A stretch of DNA of 64,000 bases from Okeania sp. SIO2F5 (GTDB lineage: Bacteria > Cyanobacteriota > Cyanobacteriia > Cyanobacteriales > Microcoleaceae): NCBI RefSeq assembly GCF_010692685.1, contig NZ_JAAHGU010000008.1:41619-105618 (forward strand), in the 5' to 3' direction. Numbering within the stretch: the stretch's first letter is position 1; each line of letters begins with the position of its first letter. The notes under the pieces were generated by a model that was given only the letters and a program-made list of their open reading frames with translations, searched no databases and was not told the origin of the DNA. This document shows, piece by piece, positions 1 through 12,080 of this stretch. The position numbers were made by a program, and so were the translations under genes.

Positions 1-553
1 TCAATACTTAGTAGAAAAGTTAAAATCTACATTTAGAAAAAACTCAACTCAATTAAAAGTATTTAATCTTTTATCAGATAGAAAATGGCATTGTCGTAGT
101 TGTTAGGGTAAAAACATAGCATCAGAACAATATGTAGGTGGAGGTGGTATTCAAGGGTTACAAAGAGGCACAAAAAGTCGCCCTGGTTTAGAAATTAAAA
201 CAGAAAGAAAGTTCTGCAATAATTGTCAAAAACAAACAACATGGGATTGTTGGACAGGAAAAATTAAAGCAGCAAATGCTCCTGCTAATATTCCCTTAGA
301 ATTAGTCGAAAAAATATTATCTATCTATTCGTATGTAGATGTGATTGAACAAAGACAACGACCGCGACATGAAATTATTATTGACCATCGCTTTCCAATG
401 GAAAGATGGGGAAATATTGAAGAAACTCATAACTTAAATATGAGTGAAACTGAGATTAAACAAAAATTTCAATTGCTTAAAAAAGATAGTGGAGGTAATC
501 ATAATCTTTTAAAATCAAGAAGCTGTGAATTTTGTATTAAAACTGTTCATTAA
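1..553 (+). pseudogene. HNH-type restriction endonuclease remnant. It is truncated by the window edge and carries an in-frame TAG at 104-106, so the listed 70-aa ORF at 341-553 is only its tail.
   Basis: A continuous frame-2 translation from nt 2 has one internal TAG. It contains CNNCQKQ and a C-terminal GGNHNLLKSRSCEFC, which are an HNH-like zinc-finger signature. It is immediately adjacent to a C5-methyltransferase gene. Confidence 0.4.
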
Positions 554-856
554 TTGATAATTGATAATGGAACATGGATAATTATAGCAGGTTTAGAGTT
601 AGGTAGAAATAGGGAGATAAAATTAGGGATTTAAAAAACTCTTTCATTATCAATTATCAATTATCAATTATCCATTGGTAATGTACCTCAAGTTGGAAAA
701 GATGCTGAGACTGGATGTATCGGATGTGGTTGGTATAACTTTGAGATTTGGCGAAATACTCTTAATCAAAAACTAACTGAGTTTAAGCAGGATAATTAAC
801 TATTAGATATCTCCAAAAATAAAAAATACAATCAATTATCACCTATAAATTATCAA

Positions 857-2023
857 TTACTTCTTCCTTCTTCCTTCTTTCTTCTTCCTTTCATCAGCAA
901 TTTTATTTAAAAAAGGAATCAAAGCATAACCTATACATTCTCCTAAACGAGGAAGTACAGCATTACCAATTTGCCACATCGCTTTTTTCATAGAACCCTC
1001 AAAAATAAAAGAGTCAGGAAAACTTTGTAATCTTGCCATTTCTCTTGCTGAAATTACCCGATTAAGGTAAGGATGAATATGAGTACCACCATGATTTTCT
1101 TTAATAGTCATACTTGGTTTACCCAAATATTGTCGCTTAAAAGCATCAGCATAAGTTTTATATAAAGAACAACCAGGAGGAACTTTAGCAAGTCTTTTCA
1201 TGTATTCTTGTGAATGTCGAGTCCATTGATGATTAATTTCTGGAATAGGAGTTAATTCTGGAAGGTCAGAAATTGCTGATTCAATTGGTTTATATTGATG
1301 GGGTAATAGTTGAGGTTTTGGATAAGGATTTATCATGCCAAATTTATTGGCAATAAAAATAGTTCTAGGGCGAATTTGCGAAATTCCATAAGCAGCAGAT
1401 TCTAGAATTGCTACAGATACATTAGAATAACCAATATCGATAAATGCTTGACAAATTTATTTTTGAACACCACCTTTTTTCATAGTAATAATTCCAGGCA
1501 CATTTTCCATAACAATATACCAAGGACGAATTTAATTAACTACTCTCACAAACTCTCGAAATAAATTATTTATAGGGTCATCAGGATTATGTTTTCCGGC
1601 AACTGAAAAACCCTGACATGGAGGACCTCCTACTACTAAATGTATTTCTGGTGAACCAATTTGATTGAGCCATTCTGTAGAATTAAATTCTTTGATATCC
1701 CCAAAATGATGAGATGTAGGAAAATTTTTTCTATGGGTTGCTGATGCTATAGAGTTTTCTTCAACACTTGCTATTGGTTTAAATCCTGCTTGCACTAAAC
1801 CTTCTGTTATTCCTCCAGCACCGCAAAACAAGTCGATAAATTTATAATCAGATTTCAATATGTGTTTCTCTTCAATTTTAATGAATTTTTTATATGGGTC
1901 GCTGTCATTATTATTTAATTCATATTGATTTTTTTCATAACGTTCTAGTTTTGCTTTTTTATGAGAATTTTTATCGTTTTGATTCTCTAAATTAGGAAAT
2001 AAAGATAGTTGTTTTCCTTCCAT
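857..2023 (-). pseudogene. DNA (cytosine-5)-methyltransferase interrupted by two in-frame TAA stops at 1457-1459 and 1529-1531.
   Basis: Motif I is FCGAGGITEGL and motif IV is GGPPCQGFSVAG, both in ORF 1532-2023. Motif VI (ENV, in YIVMENVPG) lies in the unlisted middle piece. The C-terminal piece is ORF 857-1336. All three pieces are in one frame, separated only by nonsense codons. Confidence 0.8.
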
Positions 2024-2289
2024 TAAATTTTATCTGTATCTGTATGTTTTTTAGTATAGTAAAGAATCAGAAAATCTACAACTTTCTGCTGTTGTGCTGA
2101 AGCTAATTTTTTCAGTATTTCTCAATTATACCGCAATTAATTTCTATTATTAGACATCTCTAATAATCAAAAATAAAATCAATTATCCCACTCTTATTCA
2201 TCAATTCTTTCTCCCTGCTCCCTGCTCCCTACTCCCTATGGGTGGAGGAGATGTCTATATGATAGAATTTTTCCCTCCTAGTTAAATTT

Positions 2290-2841
2290 CTATTCAAACT
2301 CTGGTGCCCACACTTCTGCTACAGGTAATTTCCATCCAGGTAATATTTCTGCTACTTCTAAAACATCTCTATCTCTGAGGACAATTTTTTCTCTCATAAA
2401 CCGATAAACTTCCATTGTCCGATTGCGGGGATTTACTAATACACCGACAATAGTTCCTAACTCTAGAAAATCTTGTATTTTCTCACGCAATTGTGGTAAC
2501 TTATCGTTCTTAGATTTCACTTCAAAAATTAGGTCGGGAACTAATTCTGCATAATCTTCTGTAGGACGAGGTAATTTTTCTGCACTAATAAAAGAAGCAT
2601 CTGGTGCCCGGATATCTCCATCTGCATTTGGTAAGCGAAAACCTCCACTAGAAGCAATAACTCTACCTAACTTTCGAGGTCTTACCCAGTTTCGTAACTG
2701 AGCAACTATTTCTGCTGCTACTTCATCTGATTCTAAACCAGAAGGACTCATAACAATAATTTCTCCACTTACTAATTCCATCCGATAATCTGGATAGTCT
2801 ACTTGTAACTTTTTTAAATCTTTAACTGTTAAACCTGACAT
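2290..2841 (-). CDS. Uma2-family (DUF820) putative endonuclease.
   Basis: 183 aa with the typical Uma2 layout of abundant cyanobacterial paralogs. The assignment is by motif recall only. Confidence 0.65.
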   Translation of the reverse strand: MSGLTVKDLKKLQVDYPDYRMELVSGEIIVMSPSGLESDEVAAEIVAQLRNWVRPRKLGRVIASSGGFRLPNADGDIRAPDASFISAEKLPRPTEDYAELVPDLIFEVKSKNDKLPQLREKIQDFLELGTIVGVLVNPRNRTMEVYRFMREKIVLRDRDVLEVAEILPGWKLPVAEVWAPEFE

Positions 2842-3033
2842 AGTTATCTCTCCTTTTTTTGTGCTTAATTAAATGTTAAAATATCCCTCCCTCACCGAAT
2901 AATTAAAGTGGAAGTCTCTGAGTTAAAGAAAAAATAAATCTAACAAATTCTTTTAGTCAATCCTTTTCTTTTAAGAATAGGTAATTATTAATTTTTCAAA
3001 CCCTAAACCTAAGACCCACAATTTTCGTTTTTC

Positions 3034-4401
3034 TTATCTCTTTCTTCTTCCTTCACTAATAAGTTTTAAACACAACTCCCGAAAATGTTCTCCTCGTTGT
3101 TCAAAATTTTGATACTGGTCGAAACTTGCACAAGCAGGAGACAATAATACAACTTTTGCATCATATTTTTTTGCCAATGCTGCACCTCTAATTACTGCTC
3201 GCTCCATTTCTCCTACTATTTCATAATTATGAAAGTTAATTTTTTGTAGTCTCTTGGCAAAAGTTTCAGCGGCATCACCTATTAATAAAACAGCAGCAAC
3301 TTTTTCCTTAATTCGTCGCAACCAATCATTATCATTACCTTCTTTAGCTTCCCCACCAGCAATTAATAACACAGGTTCAGGTACAGCACTTAAACCAACT
3401 GCTGCTGCATCATAATTTGTTGCTTTACTATCATTGAGAAAATCTACTCCATTCCAAGTGCAAATATATTCTAAACGGTGGGGTACACCAGGAAATGTTT
3501 TCACCGCTTCAGCGATCGCCTCTTTTTCTATTCCTGCTAATTTCGCTACTGCCACTGCCATCAATAAATTCTGCTGATTATGATTTCCCAACATTGGCAG
3601 GGACTCCACAGAAACTGTTTTTTCCCCTCGCGCTACTACCCACCCATCCTCAATGTAAATTCCTTTGGCAATATCTCCCACTAAGTTAGCTTTACCTTTG
3701 ATACTTGTCCAGTGGGCATTATCTCCAAGATTAGCTGCATTTTGACTTATATACGAGTCGTCACTATTTAAAACTTGTGTTTTAGAGCGATTTAATAAGG
3801 CTGCTTTGATATTAAAATAATTTTCTATTGTATGGTGGCGACTCAGATGATCGGGGGTTAAAGTAGTCCAAACACCAATTTGAGGTGCAAGGGTACTAGA
3901 TGATTCTATTTGATAGCTGCTAATTTCTGCAATTACCCAATCTGGTGGAGTTTCTAATAAAGCTAATTCACAGGCAGCATAGCCAATGTTACCACAGGCA
4001 GGAGCATTCAATCCTGCGGTCTTAAAAATTGCAGCAACTAAAGAAGTAGTAGTAGTTTTGCCATTAGTACCAGTTATCCCTACCCAAGGGGAAGATTTGA
4101 GATATCGCCATGCTAGTTCCATTTCTCCAATAGTTTCAATTCCACTTTCTCTGGCGCGTTGGAGTGAGGATATATCCCAAGGTACACCGGGACTAACAAC
4201 GATTAAATCTAAAGATGTTTCCGGTTCAAACGAATAACCTAATTTAACAGTAATACCTTCTTGAGTTAATTGTTTTTGCTGTTGTTCAAGAGAGTCGGAT
4301 GTATTGCGATCGCTCAGTTCCACTTCCCAACCATTTTTCTTGAGCAGTCGCGCAGCAGCAATACCTGATTTTCCTAGACCAATAATATGAGTTTTTGGCA
4401 T
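3034..4401 (-). CDS. murD: UDP-N-acetylmuramoylalanine--D-glutamate ligase.
   Basis: N-terminal [13 protein letters not shown] Rossmann motif and the Mur ligase P-loop [12 protein letters not shown]. Length is 455 aa. Confidence 0.9.
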   Translation of the reverse strand: MPKTHIIGLGKSGIAAARLLKKNGWEVELSDRNTSDSLEQQQKQLTQEGITVKLGYSFEPETSLDLIVVSPGVPWDISSLQRARESGIETIGEMELAWRYLKSSPWVGITGTNGKTTTTSLVAAIFKTAGLNAPACGNIGYAACELALLETPPDWVIAEISSYQIESSSTLAPQIGVWTTLTPDHLSRHHTIENYFNIKAALLNRSKTQVLNSDDSYISQNAANLGDNAHWTSIKGKANLVGDIAKGIYIEDGWVVARGEKTVSVESLPMLGNHNQQNLLMAVAVAKLAGIEKEAIAEAVKTFPGVPHRLEYICTWNGVDFLNDSKATNYDAAAVGLSAVPEPVLLIAGGEAKEGNDNDWLRRIKEKVAAVLLIGDAAETFAKRLQKINFHNYEIVGEMERAVIRGAALAKKYDAKVVLLSPACASFDQYQNFEQRGEHFRELCLKLISEGRRKR

Positions 4402-4749
4402 AATAAATATTTTTTGGTAGATATTTTGGTAAATTTACAAATTACCAAATGATAGTTATTTTTATTTTACAGCAGAGTGGGCTAAAAAGCTTTTGTTGGG
4501 ATGACTTTTCTCATCGTTAGATATCTCCAGAAAAGAGGGAGTAGGGGGTAGGGAGTAGGGGGAAATAATTGATAATTTCTATGTGATAATTTATTTTATT
4601 TTTTATGATTAGAGATGTTTATTAAAAACTGACAATTTTAACTTTCATAATTTCAACAAAAGCACTATTTATAGGGGTAACTATAGAGGCATTTCCTGGC
4701 AAAAAAAATCAAAATAATTGTCCCAAATTATTGCTTAATTAGTCTATAG

Positions 4750-4872
4750 CAGTAGGGTACGTTAATGAAATGTAACGCACCTAATTAGTTAATATTACTA
4801 ATTTTTGCAATTAGACACTAGCTATGTCAGTCCAGTAGAGTGCATTAATGAAATGTAAGACACCTAATTAGT
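4750..4872. repeat. Two direct copies of a ~40-bp unit (CAGTAGGGTACGTTAATGAAATGTAACGCACCTAATTAG and CAGTAGAGTGCATTAATGAAATGTAAGACACCTAATTAG), ~78 bp apart, in the murD upstream region.
   Basis: Read directly from the sequence. Each unit contains the short palindromes ATTAAT and CTAATTAG. Confidence 0.5.
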
Positions 4873-5166
4873 ATTTCCTTAACTAAATTTAGTATTTTCT
4901 TAACTAATAGTACTAAACCTACGCATCTAACATGGTGTCATGCGACGCATTATTAAATACCTTTGATAGCATATATTTTAGCCATAATAGCGCACCCTAA
5001 AATTATGAACTTTGAAGAAAGAGTCAGGAGAATGGGGTCGATGGGAATTCTCACTCCACCAACCGCATTTGCACCGCGGGTGACGGTGGGGTATAAAACT
5101 TATAAGGGATAAAGATAAACCTAGGAATAATTCACCTACGTCACAAAAAATTCTATCCGTATTTTC

Positions 5167-7326
5167 CTAACTTTTAACTATTTCTCCAAAGTCTGCCAAT
5201 ACTCGTGCATTATTACGGAGTAACCCTAACAAATTTAATCGATTCTGTTTAATTTTCGGGTCTGGGTCCATTACTAAAACACTTTCCGGCCCATCAAAGA
5301 AATTACTTACAGTTGGGGCAATTTTTGCCAAACCATCTACTAATTGTTGATAATTTCTGGTTTTTTGAGATATTTTTGTTTGAGGTACTAAATCAACTAA
5401 AGCATTATAAAATGCTAATTCTGATTCACTTTTAAACAAGTTTAAATCCACAACTTTTTCAGGTGCAAGTTGTATTTTATCTAACTCACCTTGAGCTGCC
5501 AAACGAGTTGAACGGTTTACAGTTTCATAGATTTGGTCAAGCAGACCATTTTGCCGAATATTTTGTAAGAAAATTGCACGGTTCCGTACATCTAATAAAT
5601 CTTTTAATGCTCGTTCAGTATATTCCGAATCATTATTGCCTAACACCGCATTTACCAGATCGTAATCAATATTTTTTTCCTCTTGTAAAATTGTTTTAAT
5701 TCGCTGCAAAAAGAAGTCATATAATTGGGGCAATAATTCTGATTCTGCTTCGGGATAAAATTTCGTAAAATCTACAGCAATTTGTGCTAATAACTGATGT
5801 AAATTTATCGATAAATCCGCTGACCAAGTAATATTTACCACCGCATTTGCTGCCCGACGTAAAGCGAAAGGGTCTGAGGAACCTGTAGGTAACATTCCCA
5901 ATCCAAAAATACTTACCAAAGTATCAAGTTTATCTGCCAAACTCACAACTTGACCGCTAATACTTTCCGGTAAAATATCTCCAGCACCCCTAGGCAAATA
6001 ATGTTCAAAAATTGCAGTTGCTACAGCTTCATTTTCCCCACAAGCACGAGCATATTTTTCTCCCATTATTCCCTGTAGTTCGGGAAATTCATAAACCATT
6101 TGAGTTACTAAGTCAGCCTTGCAAAGTAGAGCTGCTCTTTCTATATTTTTGCTTTCTTCTTGACTGACTTTTAACTGTTCAGCTATTAACTTAGCTATCT
6201 TAACAATACGTTCGACTTTTTTCCGCACCGAACCTAGTTTAGCTTGAAAAGTTACAGCTTCCAATTCAGGTAAATAACTTTCTAATGGTTTAGCTAAATC
6301 TGCCTTATAGAAAAATTGCCCATCAGCTAATCTAGCTCTAATTACTCGTTCGTTTCCTTTAGCAATAATCTCTGACTTTTCCGGGTCGCCATTAGAAATA
6401 GTAATAAAATATGGCAATAATTCAACTGTTGCTTTAGGAGTTGTTGTGGATTTCAAAACAGGAAAGTAACGTTGATGTGTCACCATAACAGTTGTTGTTA
6501 CTTCCGAAGGCAAAATCAAAAATTCTTCATCAATTTTACCAACTACTGCTGTCGGCCATTCGACTAAATTTGTAACTTCTGCTAATAATTCTGTCGGAAC
6601 TTCTGCTGTTCCTTGAACTTTTTTAGCTACAGTTTGTATTTGTTGTTCAACTTGACTCTTTCTTTGTTGAAAATCTACTTCTATATAAGCTTTTTTCAAA
6701 ACTTCTGCATAATCTTTTGCCTGCTCAATTTCTATAGATTCAGGATGTAAAACTCGATGTCCGTACGAGACACGACCAGAAGTAATTATCTCAGAGCCAT
6801 TTTCTAAATTTATCGGCAATATTTCCCCATCTAATAATGTTACTAACCATCGAATAGGACGAGGAAATTTAATATCTCCATCTGCCCAACGCATAAATCT
6901 TTTACCTTCAAGTTTATTAATCCATTCAGGTACTAATTTTATCAGAATTTCTGCTGTTTGTTTACCCTTAATTTTTTTATTGACGAAAACAAAATCACCT
7001 TTTTCAGTCGGGCGTATTTCCAGGTCTTTTAATTCTATTTCTTGTTTTTTAGCAAAGCCTTCCACCGCTTTTGTAGGTTTACCATCTTTAAAAGCTGCTT
7101 TTGCCGGAGGACCTTTAATTTCTTCTTCTCGGTCTGGTTGTTGAGTAGGTAAATTGTTGATGACGACAGCTAAACGTCTGGGTGTGGCATATATTTTAAT
7201 CCCATCATTTGTTAAGAATGCCTCACTCAAGGCAGTAGGGATAAGTTTTTCCCACTGTGATATAGCTTCAGAGACAAAAGTTGCGGGTAATTCTTCTGTA
7301 CCAATTTCTAATAAAAATGTCGGCAT
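5167..7326 (-). CDS. glyS: Glycine--tRNA ligase beta subunit. The start is probably the internal Met of [14 protein letters not shown].
   Basis: It has the canonical GlyS N-terminus and full length (~720 aa). The listed ORF extends 17 codons further upstream. Confidence 0.9.
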   Translation of the reverse strand: MPTFLLEIGTEELPATFVSEAISQWEKLIPTALSEAFLTNDGIKIYATPRRLAVVINNLPTQQPDREEEIKGPPAKAAFKDGKPTKAVEGFAKKQEIELKDLEIRPTEKGDFVFVNKKIKGKQTAEILIKLVPEWINKLEGKRFMRWADGDIKFPRPIRWLVTLLDGEILPINLENGSEIITSGRVSYGHRVLHPESIEIEQAKDYAEVLKKAYIEVDFQQRKSQVEQQIQTVAKKVQGTAEVPTELLAEVTNLVEWPTAVVGKIDEEFLILPSEVTTTVMVTHQRYFPVLKSTTTPKATVELLPYFITISNGDPEKSEIIAKGNERVIRARLADGQFFYKADLAKPLESYLPELEAVTFQAKLGSVRKKVERIVKIAKLIAEQLKVSQEESKNIERAALLCKADLVTQMVYEFPELQGIMGEKYARACGENEAVATAIFEHYLPRGAGDILPESISGQVVSLADKLDTLVSIFGLGMLPTGSSDPFALRRAANAVVNITWSADLSINLHQLLAQIAVDFTKFYPEAESELLPQLYDFFLQRIKTILQEEKNIDYDLVNAVLGNNDSEYTERALKDLLDVRNRAIFLQNIRQNGLLDQIYETVNRSTRLAAQGELDKIQLAPEKVVDLNLFKSESELAFYNALVDLVPQTKISQKTRNYQQLVDGLAKIAPTVSNFFDGPESVLVMDPDPKIKQNRLNLLGLLRNNARVLADFGEIVKS

Positions 7327-7364
7327 AGCAAAATATTGACAGATTTGGATATTATTATACCGTT

Positions 7365-8510
7365 TCACTAAAGTCAAAAGTCAAAATTCAAAAGTCAAAA
7401 TTTAAAAGTGATATTTTAAGTACTTAAAACTTCTACTATACAGTAATCTCAGCTTATTATTTGACTTCATCATTTACCAACTATTTGTCACATTTTTTAA
7501 GTGAAATGGTATTAGTTAATTAGGGCTTGCTGATTAAATCTAAAAGTATTTACAGATAAAGGTTTTCGCCTTTTTGGAGCCTTTAAAAAGTGCCTGGTTT
7601 TCAGCTCTTCATGCTCAAAAAGGAGCGTATTTTAGGCGCATAGTTAGGCAGAAAAATCAAAGGACAATTCTTACTGCTACCTCCTCGTTCATTCCCTTTT
7701 CTCCTGTCTTCCCCTCCACGGTCGGGGTTAGGGGTGGGTTGTCTCCTACCCTTACCCATAAGACTTTTTCAGCAAACCCTAATTACAACAGTTTACCGAA
7801 AAATTGAGTTTAAAGCTTTCCCCTTCTAATATCAAATCTCACGCATTTTTGCTACATCTTCTTCAGCGGGGGAGTAGGGGAGTGGGTAGGGACGTTGCAT
7901 GCAACGTCCCTACAGGGAGAAGTAAACATAAGAATAATTAACAATAACTGGAGTGCTAATTATCAAAAAAGTTATTCAATCTGTATTAATTACTTAATAA
8001 TTTAAGTGTCATTTAAGTTAAGTATTCTTTTTTCATGCTTGGTATAAAACCAAATATCACACATTTTTGCTGCGTCTTCTTGAAAGCAGGCAATAGTAGG
8101 GACGTTGCATAAGTGGTGGTGTATTGTCCCGCAACGTTTGTTAGGAGGTAGGGCAGTGGGAGCATCTTACTCCCGTGCCTAGTATTCCTTTTTGCTGTAT
8201 ACCATTATGCTTCTAAGGACTATCAGACCTAAGACCGTTTCACTAAAGTCAGAAGTGATACTTTAGGTACTTCAAAGCTAGGCATTGCTGAGGGGCGGGA
8301 TGAATATTCAGTGGGGTGGGTATCCTGCCTGGGGTGAAAATATAAGGAACGGGGAACGGGCAAGATGCCCCCAAACACAAAACTATTAAAATCATCCCGC
8401 ATTTATGCAACGCCCAAAGCTATACTCTACAGTAATTTCAGCTTATTATTTTACTTCATCAGTTACCAACTATTTGTGACATTTTTTAAGTGAATTGGTA
8501 TTAAGACCTA
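7365..8510. repeat. Segmental duplication of ~150 bp of glyS-upstream DNA, at 7365-7520 and 8235-8510. The second copy is split by a ~130-bp insertion. The region also holds palindromes GTAGGGACGTTGCATGCAACGTCCCTAC at 7890-7917 and 8098-8150.
   Basis: Direct alignment by eye of CGTTTCACTAAAGTCA...GGTACTTCAAA and of CTATACAGTAAT.TCAGCTTATTATTT.ACTTCATCA.TTACCAACTATTTGT.ACATTTTTTAAGTGA. Confidence 0.6.
7518..7784 (+). mobile_element. MITE family A copy 1, with TIR AATTAGGGCTTGCTGA ... TCAGCAAACCCTAATT.
   Basis: 16-bp terminal inverted repeats. It has a conserved core (GATTAAATCTAAAAG ... TTTTAGGCGCATAGTTGGGCAGAAAAAT ... TTCTTACT) shared with 6 other copies in the window. Confidence 0.7.
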
Positions 8511-9618
8511 AGACCTACCACCTAACACCTAATTCTGTGCAGTCTTAAATAAAATTGGTATAAGTTATAAGTTTTCAATTAACTATTCTATGACTATTAT
8601 TTGTATTTTTAAATATTCTATAATTATCTGGAATAAATATTTTTCATCTTTATAAAAAAGCATAATTTTTAATTAACATCTGCTATTTTTTATACCATAA
8701 TTAATCTTCTACTATAAGCTCGTAAATATATCATATTGAAGTTAGTTAAGCCAATAATAAGTAAATTCTTAATCCAGCACATACCTCTGGCAAAAATAAA
8801 AATTCAATCCTTTTTTCTTTCTAAATATTTATCTTTCCGGTCTTCCATCACCTATTCAGCAACTCTGGCAACAAGTTTAACTATTTTGTGTCTGAAGAGA
8901 CAGACTTCTTAAGCAAGACAATTTATTTAGCGATCGCTTTTATTCCCTATTATGTATATTAGTTAATAGTTTGAATACAAAATCATAACCGTACTTGGGT
9001 ACTAATAAGTACATCCTGGAGACAAAAAAATTTTGTGAACCATAAGCATAAGATCAGGGTTATAATTATGGTTAAAGATGTAGACTAAAATTATGCCAAT
9101 AACTTGCACTTGAGCCATCAATATTCATAACTCTGATGTTTGAAGCCAAACACTGAATAATCCGAAATTGAGTCAGGCAAAAATGAAGAAAATACTCAAG
9201 CACTAAAATATGTAACTTCTACCTCTACCTATTTACTATTTAAAGTATTTATTCTCATTCAATTCTCAGCAAATAGTATCTACCTATTCAATTTTATCTC
9301 TTACTTTAGGGCTGATTAGGCTAAAATAGAATTTGATGAAAATATATAAAGTTGTTCTTCAGGTGAGAGGCCATGATATTTGAATAACTCACAGACTTGT
9401 AACTTAAATTTTCCTATCATAAATGTTAGAAAGAGAACTCCCGTTATAATCGCGAGATTTAACTGTGAGAGTGTCAAAGAAATTCAATTATGATTATGTC
9501 CAAAGCAAAAAATTGGGTAACCAAAGACATTCGTATAATAATGCTTGCATAAGCAAACATTACCATGAGGTATATTCCTCTACCCCAGAAACACTCTAGC
9601 TTACTATAAAGTCACACT

Positions 9619-10404
9619 ATGACCACTTTCAATATGTACATGGCTGCCGCAACCAAAACTAAAAGCACTGATGTCTGCACTTATAGAGAGATTGCTAAAT
9701 TGAACACATCAGCAATTATGGCTTGTGGGTTGACAATGACCTACCAATCTGGAAAACAGTCATACCAGGTACTGAAGAATATTGACTTGACAGTAAACAA
9801 AGGTGATGTCCAGTTATTGATGGGACCATCTGGTTCTGGTAAAACTACTTTGCTGTCAATCTTAGCAGGATTATTAACACCCACATCTGGTAGAGTCTGT
9901 CTCCTGGGACAAGAAATCACTAAAATGTCCAGAAGCCAACTAGCCAAGTTTAGACTTAAGAATATTGGCTTTATCTTTCAGGGATTTAATTTGTTCCCTG
10001 CATTGACGGCAACAGAAAATATAGAAGTGGCTCTGAATATGAAGGGTATTAAAGGTAAGGCAGCAAAACATGAAGCTCAAATACTTTTAGAGCAAGTAGG
10101 ACTAGCACCTCAGGCCAAGTTACATCCAAGAGATTTGTCTGGTGGCCAAAAACAAAGAGTGGCTATTGCCCGCGCACTATGTGGCAGTCCTAGAGTTATT
10201 ATGGCTGATGAACCCACAGCAGCATTAGATTCTCACAGTGGTCATACAGTTATTGAGTTACTGCGTCGTCTTGCTAAAGAAGGTGGTTGTACAGTATTAA
10301 TGGTCACTCACGATCCTAGAATAGTAAGTTCTGCTGATAGAGTAGTTTATCTTGAAGATGGGGTTGTACAGGAAAATAAACAACTATCCGATCATATTCT
10401 GTAA
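9619..10404 (+). CDS. ABC transporter ATP-binding protein of the DevA/LolD/MacB-like family. The start is possibly the internal Met near 9717.
   Basis: Walker A is GPSGSGKTT, the ABC signature is LSGGQKQRVAIARAL, and Walker B is IMADEPT. No permease gene lies adjacent. Confidence 0.85.
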   Translation: MTTFNMYMAAATKTKSTDVCTYREIAKLNTSAIMACGLTMTYQSGKQSYQVLKNIDLTVNKGDVQLLMGPSGSGKTTLLSILAGLLTPTSGRVCLLGQEITKMSRSQLAKFRLKNIGFIFQGFNLFPALTATENIEVALNMKGIKGKAAKHEAQILLEQVGLAPQAKLHPRDLSGGQKQRVAIARALCGSPRVIMADEPTAALDSHSGHTVIELLRRLAKEGGCTVLMVTHDPRIVSSADRVVYLEDGVVQENKQLSDHIL

Positions 10405-10527
10405 TTTTAGTAATATATTCACATCTAGAATTATTGTAACTTTCCAGATATTAATCTAACCCTGGGAACTCATTTTTTTTGTTTACTTTTCTTTTTCTTT
10501 GTTTTTGTTGGCTACTTCTGTATTGTT

Positions 10528-11571
10528 TTATTTAATTGTAAAATTTGTTCCTCGATAACACCCTTGAAAAGAAGTTAAATTAGTATTAGTAATTTGCTCA
10601 AGCTTAGTTACTAATGAGGTAGTACTAGGATGGTGGTGAAATTTATTCCACTGATAGGCAAATTCACCAATATAGCTACCTGTTCCTTGATAACTAAACT
10701 CTTCTATAGGTATCCCAGAAATACCAGAAATTTCTTGGTCATGATATCCATTAATAATTACTTTCTCTAATTTAACTTCTTTACCCAAACTAACATTCCA
10801 ATGTACAGGTTCATAAGAAGAGAGAGCTAAAATGACAGGCTGATTTTTTCTTTCTATTTTGACATTAATTATGCCTGTGGGATGATATCCACCATAATGA
10901 TCTGAGCGTGCCTCATAAACACCTACCAAGTGTAACTCCTTCTCTCCATTAGAAGTATTAAAAAAAGATGAAAAATTATTACTACCTCCAACACCACAGG
11001 TAAAACCATCAACTACTGCTGTAGGCAATTCATTTTGATTAGCTTGCTGTTGAAATTTTGACCTCATTAATAACCAGCTACCAAAAGTAATACTAGCTAT
11101 TAAAACACTGGCAGTTATCACAATTAAAGATTTAATATTTTGGTCAAATAAGTTTATTCTAAGTCGTTTCTTTGGAGAATAATTAAAATTTTGACTAACC
11201 TCAGAAACTATATCTGCTTTTTCATCCAGACAAGCTAATAACTTTAAACTTTCTGGTTGTTCTAACATAGTAGAAACAATTTTTGCTGTTCCTACATATA
11301 GATTTCTATTTTTTCTATCTACAATTAACCAATATTGATCGGTTTCATTTAACTGATAATCTTGTACTTGAGAATTTACCAGAGGATGCTGAAGAAAAAT
11401 CTGCCAAGCAACACTAATACCAGCACCGATATTTTTACCGTCATTGTACATAACTTGGTCAATTTCTGGTTCCCAGTGAAAAGCTACCCAGGGATGGTTA
11501 GATTTATATCCTAATGACTTTTCTAACTGTGGGTTGGCAGTAAAATTTAAGAGTTTGACGAGATTAGACAT
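10528..11571 (-). CDS. Hypothetical single-pass membrane protein.
   Basis: 347-aa ORF with one predicted TM segment (LIVITASVLIASITFGSWLLM). No recognisable domain. Confidence 0.5.
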   Translation of the reverse strand: MSNLVKLLNFTANPQLEKSLGYKSNHPWVAFHWEPEIDQVMYNDGKNIGAGISVAWQIFLQHPLVNSQVQDYQLNETDQYWLIVDRKNRNLYVGTAKIVSTMLEQPESLKLLACLDEKADIVSEVSQNFNYSPKKRLRINLFDQNIKSLIVITASVLIASITFGSWLLMRSKFQQQANQNELPTAVVDGFTCGVGGSNNFSSFFNTSNGEKELHLVGVYEARSDHYGGYHPTGIINVKIERKNQPVILALSSYEPVHWNVSLGKEVKLEKVIINGYHDQEISGISGIPIEEFSYQGTGSYIGEFAYQWNKFHHHPSTTSLVTKLEQITNTNLTSFQGCYRGTNFTIK

Positions 11572-11683
11572 ACATCAGTTTCCAACTTGATGAACTGCAG
11601 ATGGGCGAGACAGTTGGGCTTTTTTGGAGAGATTTTTTCCGCTGCTGACATCAAACGTTAGGCAGACTTCTATAGCTCAATTC

Positions 11684-12011
11684 AGCAACGCCTAATTAGG
11701 GTTTACGCTCAAAAGTCTTTTAGTAGGGGTAGGAGACAACCCACCCCTAACCCCGACCGTGGAGGGGAATACAGGAGACAGGAGACAGGAGACAACCCAC
11801 CCCTAACCCCGACCGTGGAGGGGAGAAATGGATCGGGAGCGAGGAGGTAGGAGTAAGAATTTTCCCCAGATTGTTCTGCCCAACTATGCGCCTAAAATAC
11901 TAACTTTTTGGGCATGAAGAACTGAAACAGGCGCACTGCAATTCGACCCCAAAAAAGCACTTGTCTTTAATATGTCAATGCTTTTAGATTTAATCAGCAA
12001 CGCCTAATTTT
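11684..12011 (-). mobile_element. MITE family A copy 2, with an internal 40-bp unit duplicated in tandem.
   Basis: The ends are CAGCAACGCCTAATT / AGGGTTTACGCTCA. It has the family core and 2 copies of GGAGACAACCCACCCCTAACCCCGACCGTGGAGGGGA. Confidence 0.6.
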
Positions 12012-12080
12012 TTTGTAGTAGGGGTGAAACTGTGATATTAAGTTTACCCCTCAATTTTATCAATCAAAACAAACCAATAT

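Noticed and set aside
341-553. 70-aa ORF as an independent gene.
   Set aside because: It is the C-terminal portion of a longer HNH-endonuclease-like frame that starts before the window and contains an upstream in-frame TAG.
5040-5080. Possible tRNA 3' end (…ACTCCACCA).
   Set aside because: No T-loop (GTTCRANYC) or cloverleaf could be reconstructed. Probably chance.
7574-7807. 77-aa ORF.
   Set aside because: Lies entirely inside MITE family A copy 1. The same pseudo-ORF recurs in other copies (44638-44940, 47228-47516), i.e. it is repeat sequence, not a gene.
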